From Thelocarpon superellum (taxonomy: Eukaryota): a stretch of 64,000 bases of DNA. Positions 23,296 through 37,217 of this stretch are shown here, one piece after another (within the stretch, counting starts at the first letter, position 1; the number at the start of each line of letters is the position of its first letter). Below the pieces are notes generated by a model, which saw only the letters and a list, made by a program, of their open reading frames with translations, ran no database searches and was not told where the DNA came from. Location: the NCBI GenBank assembly GCA_026025795.1, contig JAPEUG010000027.1:1-64000 (forward strand). The letters run 5' to 3'. A program made the translations under genes and the position numbers.

Positions 23296-25162
23296 TCAGT
23301 AGCTCCGAAAGCCGACCTTTTCTTCATTGACCTGTCATCGTCATCGCCAGCGCCATCGTCAGCATTTGATAACGCCGCCGAGTGAGGAGGTCAGACAAGG
23401 GATGTGCTTACGTCAAACACGGCGCTGACTCCCCGGAAAAACACCTCCCCGAGGACCCAAACATCCCTTAGTCCATTCCCTGCGTCCATCGTCCCGGAGG
23501 AGGAGGAGGAGGAGGAATAAGGTGTCGAGGTAAAAGGCAGAAGACCGGCCCATCCCTCGCCTTCACTGCTTGCATCCCCTCCGCCCTCACCATCTTTCCG
23601 CTTCGATCCCCTACTGCGCATTCGATCGGTCTTTTCCCTTCCGCCGACGCCCATCCGCGTCTCCACGACAGCACCGACGCAGTACCCCCCGCGATCGCTG
23701 ACCTTGCCTAGGCTGAACTTCGTCCCGAGGCGTTCCCAGTCGTCCGCGCCACCCGCCATGGTGGGAAAGGGCCACCCGCCAAACTCGAACGCGAGATGGG
23801 GCGGGTTGAGGCACGGGAAGGCGTAGAATTGGTCAAAGGGCGCCGCGAGTTGGCGTGAGCCGGAGATGGACGAGTAGAGGATCTTGGTGGCTGCTGGCGG
23901 TGCCAGGATGAAGGGCGTGTTCATGTCGAGAATCACGGCTTGGTTTCGCAACACCTTGCTCCCGTCCACCCAGATCCCTTGCATCAGCACCTGCCACCAT
24001 CCTTTGGCCCCTTGCACTTTGCTCCATTTCCACGCGTCTTCCCATTCGCGGTCGCGTGGTTTGCTGCCTTTGCTCTCCGATGTGCGTTGGATCTTCATCA
24101 TGGCATCTTCCTCGTCAACGTTGGCTTCGTTGTCTTCGGCCGCAGGGGCAGGCCCCATGGCCGTGCCCGTGTTCATGCCCGTATTCGTGCTCAGCCCCGC
24201 CCGTGCCAGCTCCGCCTTGGTCTGCTTCTCCACCCTTCGCACCGCCTCGGCTCCTGTTCCGCCGATGCTGAAGACTCCCTCGTGTCCGTTGATCAGCATC
24301 ATCGACCAGATGGATCTCTGCACCGCCTTCTGCTCCACCAGCTGCTCTAAGAAAGAAGGAGCCTGCATCTGACGGAGTGACTTGGCCGGTGCAAGACCAA
24401 GCGAGTACCCTGACGCTTGTAACGTATCCAGCGACGCCTTGGCGGGCCGACAATGAGCGAAGGAAAGTGGCACCGCAGTGTGGATGGTAGGGAGGTGGCA
24501 CAGATCCGACGGCACACGACATCGAGGAAAGGGATGTCGATCAGATGCTTCTACATCAGGTCAGCATTGGTCAAGCACATTGCCGGCGATACCCACGGTA
24601 AGACTGGGAATGAAAGTCGAAGAACTGGCTGCCCTTGCCGGATGTGGTGGAGACCAGGAAGAAATCCGAGGTCAACATGTCAAGATCCTGCATCGACGTT
24701 AGACTAGCATCACACGGAACGATATCATCTCTATGATGGATTCGCCCGGAGAGTCGTCATCTCACCATTTCCACCGTCTGCTCCGGCTGTCCGATCTTGA
24801 GCTTGGCGAACCTGCACGGATGAGCCACGCCGCGCCACGTCTCTGGCTGCCCTCGGTCGAGATACTTACCAACCACCGTGTCGGCCAACGTCCGCCATCA
24901 GTCGAGCGTGTTCCGCCCCGCCGACGCCGTCCTCCTTGGCTTTTCTCACCACCTTGTTCCCATTCATCTCTCGTCGCGTGAGATTGAATCGTGCCTCCGC
25001 CGCCACGACGGCCTCGGCCAAGAAGGTGAGGTTGGCGATCCGCGGAGTGGGAAAGGCGCCATCTCGCCGGTGCACGGTGTAATGAAGGACGGACGGCGAG
25101 GAGGTAGACGGGACGGCGAGAGCAGTGGTGAGAAAGGAGAGGTACTGAAGGAGATGCTTCAT
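23296..25162 (-). CDS. Secreted A1 aspartic-protease-like protein with non-canonical catalytic motifs
   Basis: Signal peptide; spliced WFAKLKIGQPEQTVEMDLDMLTSDF; WWQVLM; ILDMNTPFILAPP; WVLGEVFFRGVSAVFD then VNEEKVGFRSY* after the last intron. Confidence 0.8.
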
Positions 25163-25552
25163 GTTGGGACGGAGGGAAAGGAGACGTAAAGGGAGAGTAA
25201 TCGTACCATTCGTGCAAGACGAAGACGACCCTAGCAGTTAGGTAGTGCTCGACCTGCACCTCGACCCATGCCGTCAGGACGAACGTGGGTGTCGAGAGGC
25301 GTGTCAGTGTCACCATCCGGAATGGCGAGGACGAGTTGGATCAAGTGGACGAGAGGGCGATGACGACGCCACTCAACGTCGCGGTCACGAGTCAAAGACA
25401 CAGGGAACAGACGGTCACAAAAGCGGCACGGAGAATCCCTTTCCCCCGATTTTATTCTCCATGACTCCCAGCGTGGATGCCAAACGTTGCCCAGCCCATG
25501 CTATGCCTATCAATCTCACGCATCATGGCTTCATGCAACGCCGAACAAGCCA

Positions 25553-28262
25553 TCATCCCACCTCTGCGGGATAGTCGCGGAATCTCTCCGTCACCGACTC
25601 GAGCTCGGTCATGCGTAATGCTTCATCCACCGAATGCACAAAATGATCGTGCCCCCCACACAGGTCCACGATGCCCGACCGCAGGAAGAGCTGAAAGACC
25701 TTGGATCGCTCCAGCGGGCAGCGGCAGAAGAAGACGCGGACGCCGCGCTCGCGATACGATTGCACGATCTCGGTCAAGACTTGGGTGCCGCTCCCGTCCA
25801 GGCTGGTAACGCCGTGCACGTCGAAGATGACGTTGGCGTTGTTGTGAGGATCCCGCACGCGTGGCAAGGACGGATGGGCCGTCGTGGTCCCGTACAGCTC
25901 GAGCCGGCGTAGCCGACCCTTGAGCTCGCCCGTGTTGGCAAAGGTGAGCGGTTCCGGCATCTTCACGATCAAGCAGCCCTCGATGAACTCGAGCGCCTCC
26001 GGCTTGTCTTCCGCATTCTCAAACTCATCCGTCCCGGGCACGCGGCCCAGGATCTGAATGCGCGAGCGGGTGCTGTGCCGGATGACGCTGATCACGGACA
26101 AGCCGATGCCAATGGCGATGCCGAGTGGCAACGAGTACAACACAGTGGCAGCGAAGATGAGGAACATCAGTCCCAGCTCCGACCACCCCCGGATCCGCCA
26201 GAAGAAGAAAATCTCCTTGGGCGCCTCCTCGATCAAGGACCAGGCCACGACGGAAATCATCGACGAGAGCACCGCTTTCTGTCGCCTTCTTAGCGACGAA
26301 CGCAGCACGACCGGGGCACCGGAGACTTACGGGCAGGTAGTAGAAGTAGGGCAGTAAGAACAGCACGCACACGACGGTGATGAGGCTCAGCACCACGCTA
26401 CTCATGGGCGTCTTGCCGCCGGTCGAGGCATTGACCTTGCTCCTCCCATACCCACCGAAAGCTGGCAGCGCCATGAAACAACTCCCCACCATGTTGGCCA
26501 CGCCCAGGGCAATCAGCTCCCGGTTCGCGCTCAACGACATGCCCTGAATCCCCGTCGGACTGTTGTCACCTCCACCAAGGCTCTTCGCGGCGATCGACGA
26601 CTCGAAGAAGCCGAGGATGCCGATGAGAAAAGAGGTGCTCATGGCTTCGCGAATGTGCCTGATGTGGTCGAAGCGAAAGGGCCAGCGAACGGGGAAGGGA
26701 TGTCCCGTGGTTGATTGAATGTGGCCTAGGATCGCCAGTCCTTGCTGGTCCCATCTCAGCGCCCTCGTCAGCACGGCCGACAGGACCACGACGAGAAATC
26801 GGTCAGGCACGTAGGCGACGCCCGGGTACCGTGGTTGCAGCCGTCGCTTCAGCTCCCTGTCGTCGGTCAGCATTAATGAATCAATGGCCCTGATTCTCCC
26901 TGCAAGCCACCATACCTGCAGACCATGATGATGGCGAAGCTGCCAAACGCCACGGCGCACGTCAGGGTGTGACTGGACCTGGCATTACGGAAGAGAAAGG
27001 CCAGCTTTTCGAGGCTGCTGCCGTGACTGACGCCGCCCACCTCTTTAGCCAGGTGGGTTAACCCCATCTCGGGCAGCAGTTGGTCGACGAGGATGACGAT
27101 GCCGATGGCGCTGATGAAGCCTCGCAGAAACGGCCGGCTCAAGACGTTGTCGAGGAAGCCCAAGCGGCTGAGACCTGCAACGAAGATCATGCTGCCGGCC
27201 ATGCCCGTCGCCACGCCGGCGATCCTCGCGTTGGCGATGCCATCGTCGTCACCCGACTGACCCTTGTCCACGCTCGACCGCACGATGGATCCAATCAGGA
27301 GCGATCCGGCGGCTTCAGGTCCGACAACCATCTGCGGGCAGCTCCCGAGGAGGGCGTAGATGATGGGATTGAAGACAAAAGAGTAGAGACCGTTGATGGG
27401 GGGAATATGACCCAGATTGGACGCGTACGAGAGCGACATGGGCAGGTAGAAGGAGGCCATGGTGAGGGCGGCCACGACGTCGCCGCGGAGATAGCACCAT
27501 CGATACTGGGCAATCCACTGGAAGAAGGGCACGTAGTAGACGACGTACTGCCTCCTAAGACGGGGGTCAGTGCCCATCATGTCCGGGGCAGGGCAGGCTC
27601 ACGTACATGACCTTCCTCGTCGCGGGCTGCCGCAGATCGGGCAACCAGGACATGGGGCCCGTCTTGATCCGCTCCATCCTCCCCAGCTCGCCCTCCCCAA
27701 ACACACCGTAGACGCTCGAGCCACTGCCGGCGGTCTGGGGCCGGAATCGGGCATACTGTCGGCCGTCGGGGCTCAGCATGCGGGAGTCGATGGAGCCATT
27801 AGACCGTGCCGTTGCGCGCCGGCGCGGGCGCGGGGAGAGGGTGCCATGGTCGCAGGGACCCGGGTGGGGCGGGACATGGTCCCAGGCCTCATGGGTGTGC
27901 AGGTGCGTCTCCGCCGCGGCGGACGCAGGCTCGGCGAGATCGGCGAGGACATCGTCGGCATCGTCCTGGCCCTCGACGGGCTCGGCGCGGTCGTGGTCGG
28001 CCGGATCGTCACCGGCGCGGTCATGGCCAATCGGATGGATGCCGTCGCCGTCGATGTGCGCCGTGTCCGGCCCGGTCTGGCCGAGGCGCACGTCCTCGGG
28101 CGAGGGGGGAGGGTGATGCGACTCCCGCAGGGCGCTGGGGTTCGCAGGTGCATAGAGTGGCCCTGTGGCCGCCGACGGACTCGTGTTGCGGATCGAGGCT
28201 GGTCTTATAAATGACGGCCGTGAGGGGGCACGGCTGCCCGAGGGGGATCTGGAGCTTGACAT
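25553..28262 (-). CDS. SulP/SLC26 sulfate-anion transporter with STAS domain (YPR003C-like), multi-exon
   Basis: GDVVAALTMASFYLPMSLSYA, GPEAAGSLL, LGFLDNVLSRPFLRGFISA, NRELIALG; STAS region EPLTFANTG...VIFDVHGVTSLDGSG. Confidence 0.92.
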
Positions 28263-28797
28263 GTCTCTGAGACGACGTGTCTCCCACAACGGTGAAGACA
28301 CATTGAAGGTGACGGCGTGATGTCAGCGGTGTTGTCGACCGTCTGGAACTCGCCATGAGAGACGCAGTCTGATGGCGCCTGCTGTCCTCGATGGCCCGAT
28401 GGGTTTAAGCTTCCGACCATTTTGAATTCTACGCTCACGACCATGCCAGTGCGAGATGGACTCCGGATCGCACTTGACAGAACAGGGCGTTCGACGGATC
28501 GCGCTGCATTCAGGCCTCTGTGTCCACTACGCTTCGCACAGAGAGTCCGGCCGTGGCCTGCCGGACACGTTCTTGAGATAACCATAGCGTAGACCGAGTC
28601 AACAAAACGTAACCGTAATCGAACAACACCCCTCCACGGAGGAGGTGGGTATCCTTTAAAGCCTCCAGGCCCCTCTCTTTCATCTTGCCTCCTCCCAGCT
28701 CCTCCTCACCCTCCCCGCTCCACCTTTGACCTCCATGCTCACACGTCGCACGCCATTCCCTCAGCCTCGTCTTGCTCGACGCTTGTCTCGTGCACCG

Positions 28798-29926
28798 CTA
28801 CTGCGCCTTCTTGGCACCGGTATAGCGAGTGACGTCAGTGGCATCGGCGGCCTGTCGGACAAATCCTTTGACCGTCTCCCAGCCGTGTCGGACGGCGGGC
28901 GGCGTGCTCTGGTTGGCAATCTGGGCGTCGATCCGCGCCGTCAGTTGGCGGACGCTGCTCTGGACGAAGGTGCTCTGGGCGTAACGGGCACGGAGGAAGA
29001 CCGAATAGACGGCGACCAAGATCCACGAGCCCTTGGCGAAGGTGACGGCCGACAAGAGCAGGCGGAACCAGAGCGCAACCTCGAGGAGGGCGACCAGCCC
29101 CATGCTCGTGTCGTAGTACTCCTTGACGAAACGGCCGATCAAGTCGGCGATGGGCGAGTTTTTGCTCTGTGGCCGGCCCGAGGGCGACGCCCCGGCCGCG
29201 GCGGCCACCTGCTGCGGCGGCTGGATGGTTGGGATCAAGTTGGTGCGGGTGTAGGTGGCCACGTGGAAGACCGAATAGATGGTAAAGGGGACGATGGCTA
29301 GCCCTACCTGGGGCGAGAAGAGCCAGAGCAACGCCATGGCTGCCAGATCCCCTGGGTCAGCTTTCGTGGGTACCACGGCGGTAGTAGGAGGGGCACACGC
29401 ACCGAGGTACTGGACATTCTCATCGGCGAGGAGCGCCAGCGGTCCCGCCGGTTGCCGGGACGTGCCACGTAGGTGCGCGCGATACGCCTTGAAGACGACG
29501 ATCCCGTACGTGGCCGCGGCGGCGACAAAGGCCGTACGATAGCTGATCTTGGCCCAGGTGGAGTAGTAGTTGAAGGTGATCCATGACCCTCCATAGCGGA
29601 CGGCAGCGAAGAGGAGCGTCAGGTGTCTGCACAGGCACCCCGTCAGCGTTGGTCCGCTCACAGCGCAGCGGACAGAGCTCGGGTGTCCACGCCCAGCCTC
29701 GTCGGCGCAGCGCTGGGGGCGGGAGAGATGCGTCGCAGGGTGAGGGCGGTCAGAAGCGATTCGAGCCAGCATCGTGCCCCCGCGCGATCCACCCCCGACC
29801 GATGGTGAGCCGGTTGAGGGAACAGAAGAGGTGGACGTACCCTACGAACCAGCCAAACTGCAAGGTCTTTGCGAGGGTAAGGAGCCGCTCCTGCAGCGGA
29901 AGCGTCGCCGGAGGAGGAGGCGCCAT
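28798..29926 (-). CDS. POM33: Nuclear pore/ER membrane protein Pom33 (TMEM33 family)
   Basis: MAPPPPATLPLQERLLTLAKTLQFGWFVG|HLTLL, TYGIVVFKAYR, LLADENVQYL, PFTIYSVFHVATYTRTNLIP, FLRARY. Confidence 0.92.
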
Positions 29927-31329
29927 GTTTTTCTGGTGCGGGCCAAACCGTGGGTTGCAGGCACAGCGAGAGTGGACACGGACGGGAGGTGATTAACGAT
30001 GAGAAGATGAGAGTGGACTGGAGGGGGAGGATGAAGGAGGAAACTTGGCCGATCGGAATCGAGGGACGATGATGGAATGGAGCGATCTTGCTGCCGTCAA
30101 GCTCTTTAGCGCGTCGTTACGTTGGACCGGCCGCGCTGCCCGGTGGCTGGCGTGCGGTGCTGGATCTGGCGGCAGCCTGAACGCCCACCTCGCCCATCCC
30201 GCGCTGCAGGGTGCGCAGCAAACTTTCCTCGGGGACCCTCTCGTAGCCGAATGACGACGCGACCGACGTGGAATGAGGTCAGCGCTGCCCTGAAGTTGGC
30301 GCGCTCTCGGCCCCTCCGTCGCGCCGTATCGTCCCCACTGCGTGCGAAGGCGTGAGCGTAGGTACCTCTGACCACGACGAGTGACCATGACGACTCATGC
30401 GAGCTTCACCACGTGAGCCAGGAGCCGAGTCACGCCGCCGCCGTGCGAGCGTGCCTGCTGCCCGCAACGACCACTACGGTGTCGGGAGCGGACGAAAGGG
30501 ACGTTTGATCAAGACGATGCTGGTACGAAGTACGCAGAGAGCGGCGACTGGGACGAGGATCAGGACCGAGACCGGTGCTACGGAGCTGCCCACGGCGCTG
30601 CCCTCGACCGATGACGAAATCCGGCAGCCCGGTCCCTTGGTAAGGCTGCGTCCCAGTGTAAGAGTTGTGCACAGGCCACCTGGCCCAACATCTCTCCATC
30701 CTCATCACGTCGCGGTCGACCGAGGCGTTGACGACACGCTCTGGCATAGGTCCTGATCCACGTAGATACAGCGCAAGGAGTTGGTCACGACGGCGACGGT
30801 GGGGACACCATCACACCGGAGGATAAGCAACACAAGGGGGATGGACGGATGAATCAGCCGCCCAGACGGAATGACGGATGCACAGAGGGAGGGGTGAGAG
30901 GTGTTCGTCGTATGAAAATACAATAGAGAACGGCAATTTTATCCTCTTCCATCTTCCAACTTCCATGTCCCATGGGCCCCCACCTTCCCTCGCGCCCGAC
31001 GCAGCACATCCACCGGCACCGCAGGCGGCGACTGGGCACGACCACGGTGAGCATGATCTCGCCCATCCGCCGCCCGTCGGTTCGCATTAGGTCTCCAGCC
31101 TGGGCTGCACCACGATCGTATCATGGGGTGGATCACCGACGGGAGCTGAACAAAAGGCAGAAAGGAAAGAAGAAGACGAGGTCAAGATAAGAATCAGGGG
31201 GCCCGTCACGACCGCACAAAAAAGCCGCGGCGGACGGAAGGCGCGGAGGGAACAGGGACAGGGGGGAGGGGGGGCAGGCGCGGCGGGCGGGGCAGGCGGG
31301 GAGGAGGGGCGCGAGGCCAGCGACCCCCC

Positions 31330-33124
31330 TTAACGCAGGGTGAAGCCTCTCCGCTTGCCCTCCTTCTCCAGCGGTCGTCCGCTCTCGATACGCGCCTTCT
31401 TCTCGTCGAGCTCGATGCGCTGCTTCTCGAGCGACTCCTTCATCTCGCGGTGCTTGGCGTAGAGCTCCTCCTCGCTCTGCTTGAGCTTGCTCTCCTTCTC
31501 CGCCACCTTCTGCTGGAAGACCATCTTCATCTCGGCCTCCATCTTGGCCAGCTTCTGCTCGTGCAGCGTGCGCTCCTCCTCCTGCTTGACGGCCGGGTTG
31601 ACCTCCTTGAAGACGCTGGGGTCCTGGGCCACGCCCATGGTCGTCAGCTTGTCCGACCGGTAGTTCTCGTAGAGCGCGTTGTTGGTGTGCTCCTTGAGCT
31701 CCTCCATGTGCGTGCGGATGAGCATTTGGCGCAGCTTGACGAAGTCGCAGTGCTCCTCGTTGTCCACCTCGATGATGCCCCACGGATACCGGCGCCCGCG
31801 CACCTTGCGGCCGTCGGCGTTGGTCACCTCGCTGCTGGCGCCGACCACGGCGAAGGGCACCTTGGACATGATCTCCGTGTTCTCCGCGATCGTCTCCTCG
31901 TCGTCGAGCTCGTAGCGCGGGCCCTCGAAGATCTGAATGGCGTGGTGCTGGATGTCCGAGAGAATCTGAGATGGGGCGCGTGAGCGGGACCGTGAGAGAG
32001 GAGCGTGGCGCCGGCCTGACGGATTTACTTACCCGGGTCTTGAACAGGGCAATCTCCTCGTCCGTCAACGTGTCGGCCTTGGCGATGACGGGGATCAGGT
32101 TGACCTTGGTGTGCAGCCGGCGCATCACCTCGATGTCGAGCGGCTTCAACGAGTGTCCCGTGGGCTGGATGAAGTAGACGCAGGCGTGGACGCGGTTGTC
32201 GACGATGTTCATGCGGTTGACCTTGTTCTCCGCGTCGAGGTAGGCGTCAAAACGCTGGTCGATGTTGTCGACGATGGGGCGCCACGACTCGTCGTTGTTG
32301 ACAAAGTCGCCAAAGCCCGGCGTGTCGACGACCGTCAGACGCAGGCGCACGCCATTCTCCTCGATATCGGCGCTGATGGATTGGATCGACACCGTCTTTG
32401 GGATGATGTCGAGGCTCGGTCCCTTGCGCTCCTTGGGCGGGTAAAGGGACGTGTTGAAGAGGGTGTTTACCAACGTGGACTTGCCCAGACCCGATTCACC
32501 TGTACATGGTCAGCGTCGGCTCGAGGGCCTGTCGTTCGCCCGCATCTGGGCGCGCGCCCGCGTGACGTACCAACGACCATGACGTTGAAGTTGAATCCTT
32601 TTCGGACACTCTTCCGGTGCCATTGGTTGGGCAGGTTAGCGAAGCCCACGTAGCCCGTCAGCTTCCGTCGGACGATGTTCTTGTTATCCACCGCCGCTTG
32701 CGCGGCGGCCTTGGGATTGCTCGACACCACCGTCTGGGCGGGCACCCGCGGCGCGGAGGGATACTCCCCGCCGTGTGCGGGACCAGAGCCGTTGGTCAAG
32801 GGAGCGGGCGCGACGGGGTTTCCGTTGGGGGCAGGCGAGGCCCTCATGGCAGGCACCGGGCCGTTGGCGGTAGCGGCTAAGGCGCCACGAGCGTCAGCCA
32901 CTCTCACTCTCTCCTTCACACTGGGATGCTGACGACGACCGGGAGGGTCGCTGTCGGCACTGGCCTGGAGGCCCACGATGGCCGGGCTGGTGGGCTGGAC
33001 GTCGCCGTCCATGGAACACGGACGAGCACCAGCACTCGTACCCGCACCCAGCCCCTCCATGACCGCTGGCTCGCCACATCTGGCCTTCATTCGCGACGTG
33101 ACTAGGATGTGAGGGCTTACCCAT
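31330..33124 (-). CDS. CDC3: Septin Cdc3/AspB
   Basis: [43 protein letters not shown]-loop after splicing, DTPGFGD, AKAD, GRRYPWG, C-terminal coiled coil. First micro-exon ATGG|gtaagc at 33124. Confidence 0.95.
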
Positions 33125-35108
33125 GATGGAGATTGGTGGAGAGCAACAGGAAAAAGGGCCAAGAACGGAGTCGTGATGGAAGAATCCGCGACCTGCGCAC
33201 CGTCATGTCATTAGTCGAGGTCTTTGTGCGACGCGTCTCATCGGTCGAGGAGGATCAGGGAAGGCGGACAGCCGTGGTGGGTGCACAGCGAGCTCTGGGG
33301 GAGCGGGTGCGCGTGTGACGTGGAAAGGAGCTTGGGAAGGGCTTACGATGAGGAACGCGGCTGGCGGGCTGGTTGAGGACCGCACCGACGCACCAACGCT
33401 CACAGCGAGTACGCAGGGACGAGCTTCGGGAGGATGGATGAGCTCCCAGCGATGGATGATCGCGCGCGGAACTGGTAAAGGTGGATTGCTGTCAGGGTGG
33501 GAGGTTTCAAGATGATGGTGCTGGATGAAGGATGGGCTGAAGAAAGGGGCCTGAAGAAATCGAGTAGGGGTGGGCCGACGGGACTTGGGAAAATTCCCGA
33601 CCATGACACGGACGGCCAGCTCGGTCACCCCGGTGCATCGACCGACCACCCACGCAAAGGAAACTCACGTACCTGACGGATGAGCTGGATCGCAATGCCA
33701 GAAACGTGCCCCGGATGGTCACGGTGCGGCGGAGAGGTCGGAGGTGGAGGAGAGAATACGATCAGCCGTGGCAGCAGACGCGGCCCAGCTTTCTCCCCCG
33801 TCGCTGAAGCGTTGGCGACTAAGTTCTCTCGCTGGCCGAGTAAGCGAAGTCCCTCCCGTCACTCTCCCAGCATAAAGTAACCGCAGCGGCGGCGGCCGGG
33901 GCATGGAGCAGAGACACGCAGGCGCAGGAGCGACCGCGCTACACCGCGTACGGAGCACCGCAACCTCGCACCATTCAACCACAGCAGCCCATCGAGGGAC
34001 TTGGGCGACGAGACCGGCTGCCACTGCTGCTAGACGACCGACGTGGTCGTCCTACCCGTATGGCGTCTGATACTGGTACGACGGCGCCAGGTCCAGGACC
34101 AACTGCCAAGAGCGAGCCCACGCCGGCACGTCTCGCTTGCTCTAGACGGGTCACTAGGGGCTCGGTAGGAAGGGAAGGCGGACCCGGTCGCCGCCAGCTC
34201 ATTTGGTCGGGGTCGGTGCGTCCAGTCATTGGCGGAACTAAGGCTGCGCTGCGGCCAATCAAGCGCAGGCACACTGGCGCGGGATGGCGTCCGCGAAAGA
34301 GAGAGTTGGGGGCCTTTCGCGCAGAGATGGGACCGCAGGTACGGTACGGTACCTACCGTAGCTCCTCGGCCAGCGGGCACTGACAGGTACGAGCAGAAGC
34401 ATGGGTGCGAGTCCTTGTATCACTCGGGGTACGAGTACTCGTCCTCGAACTCGACCGGTCGGTAACCCTGTCTCTGGTCCACACGATTAGGCAGTCCAGG
34501 AAAAAAAGAACCAAGCGATAAGTCCTGCGCCCAATAGCAGACGCCCCGACTGGCATCATCAATCCTCCGCATGGGTCCGTCCCATACGCAGGGGACTTGT
34601 CCGAGAGTCACCGTGTCCGTGGGCCCTTGGACTTATCGTGAGTTGCGTCGATGCGTAGCGAGGCATGGATGAAGTGGAGGCCCACAAGACATACAGCTTG
34701 CGCAGTGACGAATCCCATTCTCGTTCTCATTCTCAAGAGTGTCTACGAAGCCGCGGTGCTAGGCCGCATCGCTCACGGTCGGTCGGGACCACGAGACATG
34801 CAGCGCGGTACCGCTTCGCGATGCCGACAGTTCTCGTGCCGCCTCGACCGACGCTCACGGATTGCGCGAGGGCGAGTGGCGTCTCGGGAAAAACGAGGGC
34901 CGCCACGGTGTCGGCGTGCTACCAAGGTGAATCCAAGCCGGCGTGTCCTGCCCGCGATCGCGACGGCAGCCGGAGACGCGACGTCGGTGTCGTCGGCCCA
35001 TGTCTTTCCAAGCCCTGATGTCACGCGACGGAAGGCTCTCCGATGCAGGATCCATTCGGGCGCCCCGGCATGTTACCACGCTCCGACAGATGCTCGGTCT
35101 CCACCCTC

Positions 35109-37217
35109 TCATCCCAGACTGGCCAGGACCCCGGCCAGCTGGCTCTTGTCGTACTTGACGTACTTGCCTTTGCCCTTGTCGATGTCATGGTACCGATCCC
35201 AGAAACGGCCGTAGAGCGGCTCGATCATGGCCTGCACCTCGCGCGCCAGCAAGGCCCGCACGTCGCGTTCCATGTTCAAGGCGCGGTGCCGCGTGACCAG
35301 CTCGTCAAAGGAGGCGTTGAAGCCGCGGAACTTCTCCTTGATGGCGTCCTTGTCCTTGCTGCTGAGGCCTTTGATGATCTCCGCCGAGCTGATGGACGCG
35401 CTGTTCCCCGACGGCGGCCGCTGCCCGCCGCGATTGGTATACTGCACGTCCAGCAAGAAGGCCGAGGGGTCTTTCCAGGCGTCGAGGTAGGTGGACACGC
35501 CCTTCTTCCGCCACACGTCGGTCCGCGCCGAGGACTTCATGAGGAGCGTCGACAGGTCCGACGAGCGGATCATGCGGTCCACGTGGGCAAAGTTGTTGGC
35601 CAGGAAGACGCCGAGCAGCGTCTTGCCTTTGACGGCGGCGAGGATGCTGCGGCCGCGAGCGTCCAGCTGCTGCATCAGCGTGTCGATGGTGTCGAGGACG
35701 TAGTGGGCCATAAGCTGCCGGCCATCGGCGCCGACGTCGAGCGACTTGAGGCTGGGCGTCGACGTGGCGGCGGAGCCGGCGGCCGACATCCAATTGCCGT
35801 CGCCCAGCGAGGTCATGACGGAGGACAGGGGGGACATGTAGTCCGTCATGAGCTGCAGGCGCGTCATGGTGTCGATGGTGACGGGCACGGCGGCGCCGTC
35901 GGCCGGCACGCTCGTCATGCTGCTCACCCGCCGCCGCACGTCCTCGAGCAGCTCGGCGAGGGAGGTTTTGGCCGTCTCGCGCACGGGCCGCACGGCGTCG
36001 GCGAACAAGGGCCGGAGCTCGCCGGTCTTGAGGTCGATCTGATGCGCCATCTTGGCCACGATCTCGACAATCTCGTAGGCCAGGAAGCAGTCCGTCATCA
36101 TCTTGCTCTTGATGTGCGTCTCCAGCTCGCGCAGCGTCTGCGCGAACTCGGCGATGGCGCCGCGGCAGGTGACGTTGTAGGCGTATCCCCAGTCCTCGCG
36201 GCTGAAGACGGAACACACGCTGTCGTACTCGGCCAGAAACAAGCCCTCGAGGGCGGTGGCGTAGGTGCCGATGCCATTGGTCCCACGTTGGTAGACGGCC
36301 TCGGGCACCCGTTTCTTCGCCGTGTTGACCGAGGCCGAGGCAAGGTTCTGGAGGGTCAGCGACAGATAGGGCCCGCGCACATCGGCGTAGATCTGCGCCG
36401 TGGCCGCATGCGGCTGACTAGAGCGTGCCTGACGCGATCCCGCGCCGCCGCCGGATCGCATCGAGCTGTTGATCAGGCTCAGCCGGGACACGGTGTCGCG
36501 GGAGAGGGACGGAAAGGCTTTCTCTGCGGGGCGTCAGTCGCTGGCGCAGGACGGTGGCGAGCGGGGCACCAACGTTTCGTGATGTACATCAGCGGCTCGA
36601 CGGGCCGCGTCTCATCGCGCAGGGTGTCGCGAAAGACGCCCTCGAGCTGCTCGGTGGCGGCGTGGTAGAGGAGGGTCAGCTCGGCGATGGCATCCTGATT
36701 GGAGCGCAGGTTGGTGGCGTGGAGCCGGGACAGCGCGCCCTCGATGCGTTGCACGGATGCCAGAAACTCGGAGAGCCCCACCTTCTGCGGCCTGCGCTCC
36801 GTCAGCCCAATGCCCTGTGGTTGGCCCTGGGGACGGAGGGGTGGGGGGGGGAGGGGAAGGTGACGTACCCGGCACGCACAATGCGCTCTTCTTTCCCTCG
36901 CAGATCCAGCGGCTCGCGCAATCGCTCAATGGCCTCATTGACACGGTCGATATCTATGCCTCGGTGTCAGCGGTCTGATGCCTCGCTCCGTACGCGGTGG
37001 CGGGAGGGGCCCACGAACTCTGGCCCAGCACCTGAAGCTTCTGCGTGTTTCCGTAGATGGGTCCGATGGCTTCCTTCACGCGCGACCCACTCGTCTCCAG
37101 CCGGGCCAGGGATGATTGGATCTTCTTGGTGAGGTAGACGGTCTTCTCCAAGCGGGCGTAGAGCACCTCCACCTCGGCGCGATCCTCCTCGTCCGAGGTG
37201 ATGCGTGGGGCGGGCAT
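35109..37217 (-). CDS. EXO70: Exocyst subunit Exo70
   Basis: [80 protein letters not shown]; three introns. Confidence 0.95.

Noticed and set aside
31133..32473. 446-aa ORF that seems to give the septin a novel Arg/Gly/Ala-rich tail
   Set aside because: It reads through an unspliced intron (GTAAGT at ~32032) into the wrong frame; the true C-terminus is ORF 31330..31869.
33200..35000. Long intergenic stretch examined for ncRNA (tRNA, snoRNA, riboswitch, telomerase RNA)
   Set aside because: No T-loop/B-box, TPP core or template-like motif recognised; a covariance-model scan would be needed.
35043..36668. 541-aa plus-strand ORF antisense to EXO70 (and similar long antisense or alternate-frame ORFs over CDC3, ERG5, GH18, SulP and the 7TM gene)
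   Set aside because: Shadow ORFs expected from very high GC3 codon bias; no recognisable motifs.
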